Shown: in pieces, positions 22,142 through 27,295 of the stretch
How the letters are laid out: the number at the start of each line of letters is the position of its first letter
Position numbering within the stretch: the first letter of the stretch is position 1
UHGV virus genome: UHGV-0068847
Origin: a virus
Strand: one strand, 5' to 3'
DNA: 27,295 nucleotides
Notes under the pieces: model-generated
Told to the model about the DNA's origin: nothing
Database searches by the model: none
The model's input: only the letters and a program-made list of their open reading frames with translations
Made by a program: the position numbers and the translations under genes

Positions 22142-23730
22142 AAACACCTGCTTTGTTAGGACCGGACGGTAAAACCGCTCTGCGGGATTATGCCGGATAT
22201 CATGGCGGTGCTGGTGGCTTTGGCGGTCAGCTCCGCGCCTGGAACCCACCGAGTGAAAGCGCAGATGCTGCGTTATTGCCTAATTTTTCCCGTGGTAACG
22301 CGCGCGCTGACGATCTGGTCCGCAATAACGGCTATGCGGCAAACGCGGTACAGCTCCACCAGGATCACATTGTCGGGTCGTTTTTCCGACTCAGTTATCG
22401 GCCCAGCTGGCGTTTTCTGGGCATTGGGGAGGAAGAGGCCCGGGCGTTCTCCCGTGAAGTTGAGGCGGCCTGGAAAGAATTTGCGGAGGACGATTGCTGC
22501 TGCATTGATGCGGAACGTAAGCGTACATTCACCATGATGATCCGTGAAGGTGTTTCCATGCATGCGTTTAACGGTGAGTTATGTGCACAGGCCACCTGGG
22601 ACAGTGATTCCACGCGTCTTTTCCGCACACAGTTCAAAATGGTGAGCCCAAAACGCATCAGCAACCCCAATAACGCCGGAGACACGCGAAACTGTCGGGC
22701 AGGTGTCAGAACAAATGACAGTGGCGCCGCGCTGGGATATTACGTCAGCGAGGATGGCTATCCGGGGTGGATGGCGCAGAAGTGGACCTATATTCCGCGT
22801 GAACTGCCCGGCGGGCGGCCTTCCTTTATCCACGTATTTGAACCCCTGGAAGATGGGCAGACACGCGGTGCCAACGTGTTTTACAGCGTCATGGAGCAAA
22901 TGAAAATGCTCGATACGCTGCAGAATACGCAGCTCCAGAGCGCGATTGTCAAGGCGATGTATGCCGCCACGATTGAAAGTGAGCTGGATACGCAAACCGC
23001 GATGGACTTTATTCTTGGCTCAGACAGTAAAGAGCAGCAAAGCAAGATGACCGGCTGGCTGGGGGAGATGGCCTCGTACTATACCGCGGCGCCGGTTCGT
23101 CTCGGCGGCGCGAAGGTGCCGCATCTGATGCCGGGCGACTCCCTGAATCTTCAGTCAGCGCAGGATACTGATAACGGCTATTCGACGTTTGAACAATCAT
23201 TGCTGCGCTACATTGCTGCAGGGCTGGGTGTGTCATATGAGCAACTCTCTCGCAACTATTCGCAGATGAGTTATTCCACCGCCCGCGCCAGTGCTAACGA
23301 GTCCTGGGCGTACTTTATGGGGCGTCGCAAATTTGTTGCCTCCCGCCAGGCCTGTCAGATGTTTTTATGCTGGCTGGAAGAGGCCATTGTTCGCCGGGTA
23401 GTGACATTACCGTCTAAAGCCCGGTTCAGTTTTCAGGAGGCGAGAAGCGCCTGGGGAAATGCTGACTGGATCGGCTCCGGGCGAATGGCCATTGACGGAC
23501 TGAAGGAGGTGCAGGAGGCCGTCATGCTCATTGAGGCGGGGCTGAGCACCTATGAGAAGGAATGCGCCAAACGCGGGGAAGACTATCAGGAAATCTTTGC
23601 CCAGCAGGTTCGTGAAACGATGGAGCGCCGCGCTGCGGGACTTAAACCGCCAGCGTGGGCGGCTTCGGCCTTTGAGTCTGGACTGAAAAAATCGAATGAG
23701 GAGGGGACCGATGACGCCAGAGCTGCGTAA
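22138..23730 (+). CDS. B: Portal protein B (530 aa)
   Basis: Collinear with lambda gpB (LLGPDG...YAGYHGG...FESGL). ATGA overlap with W. Confidence 0.98.
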   Translation: MKTPALLGPDGKTALRDYAGYHGGAGGFGGQLRAWNPPSESADAALLPNFSRGNARADDLVRNNGYAANAVQLHQDHIVGSFFRLSYRPSWRFLGIGEEEARAFSREVEAAWKEFAEDDCCCIDAERKRTFTMMIREGVSMHAFNGELCAQATWDSDSTRLFRTQFKMVSPKRISNPNNAGDTRNCRAGVRTNDSGAALGYYVSEDGYPGWMAQKWTYIPRELPGGRPSFIHVFEPLEDGQTRGANVFYSVMEQMKMLDTLQNTQLQSAIVKAMYAATIESELDTQTAMDFILGSDSKEQQSKMTGWLGEMASYYTAAPVRLGGAKVPHLMPGDSLNLQSAQDTDNGYSTFEQSLLRYIAAGLGVSYEQLSRNYSQMSYSTARASANESWAYFMGRRKFVASRQACQMFLCWLEEAIVRRVVTLPSKARFSFQEARSAWGNADWIGSGRMAIDGLKEVQEAVMLIEAGLSTYEKECAKRGEDYQEIFAQQVRETMERRAAGLKPPAWAASAFESGLKKSNEEGTDDARAA

Positions 23731-25048
23731 TCTCCCGCACATTGCCAGTATGGCTTTCAATGAGCCGCTTTTACTTGAACCCGCCTATGCGCGGGTTTTC
23801 TTTTGCGCGCTCGCTGGCCAGTTAGGTATCACCCGTCTGACCGACACCGTGTCGGGCGTTACGCTTGGCGCAGAGCAGATGGCTGAACCGCTGGCACTCT
23901 TTGGTGATGATGAGGAAATGGGGCCAAAGCCGGCGCGAAGCTACCAGATCACTGATGGTATCGCAGTGCTGCCTGTTTCCGGGACGCTGGTCAGTAAAAC
24001 CCGCTCACTCCAGCCGTATTCGGGGATGACGGGGTACAACGGCATCATCGCGCGCCTCCAGCAGGCCATCAGTGACCCGGGTGTAGACGGCATTCTTCTG
24101 GATATGGATACGCCAGGTGGAATGGTGGCGGGTGCCTTTGACTGTGCGGACATCATCGCCCGCATGCGGGATATCAAACCCATATGGGCGTTAGCCAACG
24201 ATATGAACTGCAGCGCTGGCCAGCTGATTGCCAGTGCGGCATCGCGTCGGCTTGTGACGCAGACGGCCAGAACTGGATCCATCGGGGTCATGATGGCCCA
24301 CAGCAATTACGGCGCCGCCCTTAAAACCAGCGGCGTTGAGGTCACGTTGATTTACAGCGGCGATCACAAGGTGGACGGGAACCCCTACGAGAAATTACCC
24401 AAAGAGGTACGTGCAGATTTTCAGGCGCGTATCGACGCTACCCGGCAGATGTTCGCTGAAAAGGTGGCGGGTTATACCGGCATGTCGGTTCAGGCCGTTC
24501 TTGATACTGAAGCCGCTGTGTTTTCAGGCCAGGAATCAGTAGACAACGGCCTGGCGGAGCAGCTGGTCAACAACATGGATGCGCTGAACGTTATGCGCGA
24601 TGCAATTAACAAACGAACGATGATTTCCCGAGGAGGAAGCATGAAAGGTACTACTGCATCCGCAGATACCACTCAACCAGCAGCATCTGCTGACCAGACC
24701 GTGACCACCGTTGACGTGCCTGCTGCGGTCGTTACTGACCCTGCAGCGGGTGCAACTGTTGATATCAGCAGCCAGCTGGCAGCGGCGGTCGCAGCCGAAA
24801 ACGGTCGCATTATGGGGATCCTGAACTGTGAAGAGGCGAAAGGGCGTGAATCACAGGCGCGCGCGCTGGCGGAAACGCCAGGGATGACGGTGGAAAGTGC
24901 CCAGCGCATCCTTGCCGCGGCTCCTCAGAGTGCCCAGGCGCGTACGGATACCGCGCTGGATCGTCTGATGGAAACCGCACCCGGCACCGTAACGGCAGGT
25001 AGCGCTTCTGCCGAAGCGGGTGACGATTTGTTAAATACGCCTGTTTAA
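23711..25048 (+). CDS. C: Head maturation protease / scaffold C (S49 ClpP-like), 445 aa
   Basis: [24 protein letters not shown] matches the lambda gpC N-terminus. The ATG at 23711 is preceded by GAGGAGGGG; the track ORF starts 15 nt earlier. Confidence 0.95.
   Translation: MTPELRNLPHIASMAFNEPLLLEPAYARVFFCALAGQLGITRLTDTVSGVTLGAEQMAEPLALFGDDEEMGPKPARSYQITDGIAVLPVSGTLVSKTRSLQPYSGMTGYNGIIARLQQAISDPGVDGILLDMDTPGGMVAGAFDCADIIARMRDIKPIWALANDMNCSAGQLIASAASRRLVTQTARTGSIGVMMAHSNYGAALKTSGVEVTLIYSGDHKVDGNPYEKLPKEVRADFQARIDATRQMFAEKVAGYTGMSVQAVLDTEAAVFSGQESVDNGLAEQLVNNMDALNVMRDAINKRTMISRGGSMKGTTASADTTQPAASADQTVTTVDVPAAVVTDPAAGATVDISSQLAAAVAAENGRIMGILNCEEAKGRESQARALAETPGMTVESAQRILAAAPQSAQARTDTALDRLMETAPGTVTAGSASAEAGDDLLNTPV
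24641..25048 (+). CDS. nu3: Nested scaffold protein Nu3 (in-frame internal start of C), 135 aa
   Basis: In-frame ATG at 24641 preceded by AGGAGGAAGC. This corresponds to the lambda nu3 arrangement and size (about 131 aa). Confidence 0.75.
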   Translation: MKGTTASADTTQPAASADQTVTTVDVPAAVVTDPAAGATVDISSQLAAAVAAENGRIMGILNCEEAKGRESQARALAETPGMTVESAQRILAAAPQSAQARTDTALDRLMETAPGTVTAGSASAEAGDDLLNTPV

Positions 25049-25057
25049 GAGGTCAAT

Positions 25058-25390
25058 ATGTCTAACACTGAACAATTTACGCACAATCAGCCCCTCGGGA
25101 ACAGTGATCCGGCGCATACCGGTTTTGCACCTGGTGAACTGACGAAAGCAGTACCGGCGATGACGCCTCTGATGCTGGATGCCACTTCCGGCAAGCTGAC
25201 CGTCTGGGATGGCCAGCATGCTGGGGCTGCCTGTGGCGTTCTGGCGGTGTCTGCCGACCAGAGCAGCACTGAGCTGGCATTCTATAAGTCCGGCTCTTTC
25301 CGTATTGAAGATGTGCTCTGGCCGGATGCGGTGACGGATGAACACATCAAACGCAACGCATTCGCAGGTACAGCCATCAGTATCGTCTGA
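25058..25390 (+). CDS. D: Head decoration protein D (110 aa)
   Basis: [11 protein letters not shown]...[10 protein letters not shown] matches lambda gpD. Confidence 0.97.
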   Translation: MSNTEQFTHNQPLGNSDPAHTGFAPGELTKAVPAMTPLMLDATSGKLTVWDGQHAGAACGVLAVSADQSSTELAFYKSGSFRIEDVLWPDAVTDEHIKRNAFAGTAISIV

Positions 25391-25421
25391 CATCCGACTT
25401 AATACTAACCATCATCCACAG

Positions 25422-25445
25422 AAGCCGCCATCGCGGCTTTTTTTA
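25422..25445 (+). terminator. Stem-loop with T-run between D and E (attenuator or terminator)
   Basis: AAGCCGC-CATC-GCGGCTT followed by TTTTTT. Confidence 0.55.
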
Positions 25446-25457
25446 CAGGAAACATCT

Positions 25458-26483
25458 ATGTCAATTTACACAACGGCCCAACTGCTGGCGGTCAATGAGA
25501 AGAAATTCAAGTTCGATCCGCTTTTCCTGCGTATCTTCTTCCGTGAAAGCTACCCTTTCAGCACTGAGAAGGTGTATCTGTCGCAAATTCCGGGCATGGT
25601 CAACATGGCGCTGTACGTCTCGCCTGTTATTTCCGGCAAGGTTATCCGCTCCCGCGGCGGCGCAACGTCAGAGTTTACGCCGGGTTACGTCAAGCCCAAG
25701 CACGAGGTAAACCCGCAGATGACGCTGCGCCGCCTGCCGGATGAAGACCCGCAAAATCTGGCTGACCCGGCCTACCGCCGCCGTCGCATTATCCTGCAGA
25801 ACATGAAGGATGAAGAACTGGCGATTGCTCAGGTGGAAGAGAAACAGGCTGTGGCTGCTGTTCTCAACGGTAAATACACCATGACCGGCGAAGCGTTTGA
25901 ACCGGTTGAGGTGGATATGGGACGCAGTGCCGGAAACAACATCATCCAGGCAGGTGCTGCGGCATGGAGCACCCGCGACAAAGAAACCTATGATCCCACT
26001 GACGATATTGAAACCTATGCGCTGAACGCCAGCGGCGTGGTCAATATTATCGTCTTTGATCCGAAGGGCTGGGCGTTGTTCCGTTCATTCAAAGCGGTAA
26101 AAGAGAAGCTCGACACCCGTCGCGGTTCTAACTCTGAACTGGAAACGGCGCTGAAGGATCTGGGTGAAGCGGTCTCCTATAAGGGAATGTATGGCGATGT
26201 GGCCATTGTCGTTTACTCCGGGCAATACATTGAAGACGACACCAAAAAGAACTACCTGCCGGATTTGAGCATGGTGCTGGGTAATACCCAGGCGCGCGGT
26301 TTGCGCACCTACGGCTGCATTCAGGATGTTGATGCCCAGCGTGAAGGCATTAACGCTTCCACGCGTTATCCGAAAAACTGGGTACAGACAGGCGATCCGG
26401 CGCGTGAGTTCACCATGATCCAGTCTGCACCACTGATGCTGCTGGCTGACCCGGATGCGTTCGTGTCTGTCAAACTCGCCTGA
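25458..26483 (+). CDS. E: Major capsid protein E (341 aa)
   Basis: MSIYTTAQLLAVNEKKFKFDPLFLRIFFRESYPF...FVSVKLA is collinear with lambda gpE. The track ORF's 40 extra N-terminal codons span the D stop and the terminator and are rejected. Confidence 0.98.
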   Translation: MSIYTTAQLLAVNEKKFKFDPLFLRIFFRESYPFSTEKVYLSQIPGMVNMALYVSPVISGKVIRSRGGATSEFTPGYVKPKHEVNPQMTLRRLPDEDPQNLADPAYRRRRIILQNMKDEELAIAQVEEKQAVAAVLNGKYTMTGEAFEPVEVDMGRSAGNNIIQAGAAAWSTRDKETYDPTDDIETYALNASGVVNIIVFDPKGWALFRSFKAVKEKLDTRRGSNSELETALKDLGEAVSYKGMYGDVAIVVYSGQYIEDDTKKNYLPDLSMVLGNTQARGLRTYGCIQDVDAQREGINASTRYPKNWVQTGDPAREFTMIQSAPLMLLADPDAFVSVKLA

Positions 26484-26528
26484 TGTCCATTCTGTGGCCC
26501 TGCGGGGCCCTGTTCCGGAGTTGTTCTT

Positions 26529-26933
26529 ATGACAGAAAAAGAAAAGTTGATTGCGCGGCTTAATGAGCTTGGCGCGCAGCTTGGTCGGGAAGTGAATACC
26601 AGTGGCACCATTCAGGAGCTCTCTATGCGCATTGCAGAGCTGGAGGAAGAACTGAATGACGGCACTGATACCGATAGTGTTGAAAATGGTGGCGTAAGTG
26701 ATGGTAGTGCATCCACCGGCGCCGCAGAACCCGTGCCGCCAGTGGATACTGTGTTAAGCGGCAGAACAGATAGCGCGCTGATGGCCGTCGAAACGCTGGC
26801 CACGCTGCACATTGAGGCGCTGCACGCGACCCGCGATGAACGGGTATCTATTGTGGAAGCGGGGACCGTGATCCGCGTGACACAAGCGGATGCGGACAGC
26901 CTGGTTGCACTCGGACTGGTCCGCGAGTACTAG
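26529..26933 (+). CDS. FI: DNA-packaging protein FI (134 aa)
   Basis: N-terminal KEKLIARLNELGAQLGREV and C-terminal LHIEALHATRDE match lambda gpFI. The central region is variable. Confidence 0.9.
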   Translation: MTEKEKLIARLNELGAQLGREVNTSGTIQELSMRIAELEEELNDGTDTDSVENGGVSDGSASTGAAEPVPPVDTVLSGRTDSALMAVETLATLHIEALHATRDERVSIVEAGTVIRVTQADADSLVALGLVREY

Positions 26934-26944
26934 CAGGGGGCTGT

Positions 26945-27295
26945 GTGGCTGATTTCGATAACCTTTTTGATGCTGCAATAACACAGGCCGATGACACTAT
27001 TCGGCAGGTTATGGGGACTTCTGCAACGGTAACGTCCGGCGCGATTTCTGGCGTCACGTTGAGTGGTGTTTTCGATGATCCGGAAAATATCGGTTACGCC
27101 ACACCCGGCATCCGTGTCGAGGGGACCAGCCCGTCGTTGTTTGTGAAATCAGCAACGATTGGGCAGCTGGCGCGGCTGGACACGCTGGATATTAACGGAA
27201 AACCTTTCTGGGTTGATCGTATTGGTCCTGATGACTGTGGCTCCTGCCATATCTGGCTTGGTACGGGTTCTCCTCCCGCAGCGACCCGGCGCCGT
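26945..27295 (+). CDS. FII: Head-tail joining protein FII (117 codons; the stop codon lies beyond the window)
   Basis: Not in the ORF track. A GTG start at 26945 gives (M)ADFDNLFDAAITQADDTIRQVMGTSATVTSG...WLGTGSPPAATRRR, collinear with lambda gpFII. Confidence 0.9.
   Translation, partial: MADFDNLFDAAITQADDTIRQVMGTSATVTSGAISGVTLSGVFDDPENIGYATPGIRVEGTSPSLFVKSATIGQLARLDTLDINGKPFWVDRIGPDDCGSCHIWLGTGSPPAATRRR

Noticed and set aside
25338-25457. 40-codon N-terminal extension of the major capsid ORF in the track
   Set aside because: The extension overlaps the D stop and the D-E stem-loop. The lambda gpE N-terminus (MSIYTTAQLL here) aligns with the ATG at 25458.
19493-27295. Numerous antisense or out-of-frame track ORFs of 60-140 aa within the head genes and methyltransferase genes
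   Set aside because: They are nested in long genes with full-length lambda-like or motif-supported translations. Such ORFs are typical of stop-poor alternative frames in GC-rich coding DNA.

Overview
The window holds most of a lambdoid, cos-packaging temperate enterobacterial prophage, read from its integrase end. All calls rest on motif reading and recalled family knowledge; no database search was possible.

Layout:
- 1-6300 (minus strand): int-xis and a leftward early operon. It encodes YfdP/Q/R-like proteins, a small ORF, a wHTH protein, a DndB-like DGQHR protein, an Ea22-like protein and a small DPPH methyltransferase. Most of these genes are chained by ATGA stop/start overlaps.
- 6344-7978: immunity region with an S24/LexA-type cI repressor, Cro and a CII-like protein. 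A 20-bp operator box occurs three times. From memory the gene order resembles e14 and CPS-53.
- 8320-14732 (plus strand): O-like initiator with in-gene iterons, Dam-type and C5 (Dcm-type) methyltransferases, RusA, a Rha/KilAC antirepressor, a DUF968/HNH-like protein and Q.
- 14733-16651: pR'/tR'-like elements, a low-GC moron, then a lysis cassette with a dual-start class II holin, a SAR endolysin, and Rz with embedded Rz1.
- 16652-19250: AT-rich accessory island.
- 19280-27295: lambda-type cos (cosN GGGCGGCGACCG, R3/R2/R1 boxes) and near-lambda head genes nu1-A-W-B-C/nu3-D-E-FI-FII. FII runs off the window.

Best candidates for something undescribed:
1. The Rz-to-cos island. It contains a translationally coupled triplet of 62-82 aa ORFs with no recognisable domain. 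It also has a stand-alone minimal GIY-YIG nuclease divergent from a single-pass membrane protein. The island is marked by a duplicated Rz/Rz1 3' end and a gene-fragment scar.
2. The orphan DGQHR protein inside the ATGA-coupled early-left chain, next to a minimal methyltransferase.

Secondary observations:
- Three methyltransferases in one phage, and a C5-MTase with six tandem TRD-like repeats.
- A hairpin-dense, N-less pL leader.
- A strong excess of correctly oriented Chi sites in a phage with no recognisable Gam.
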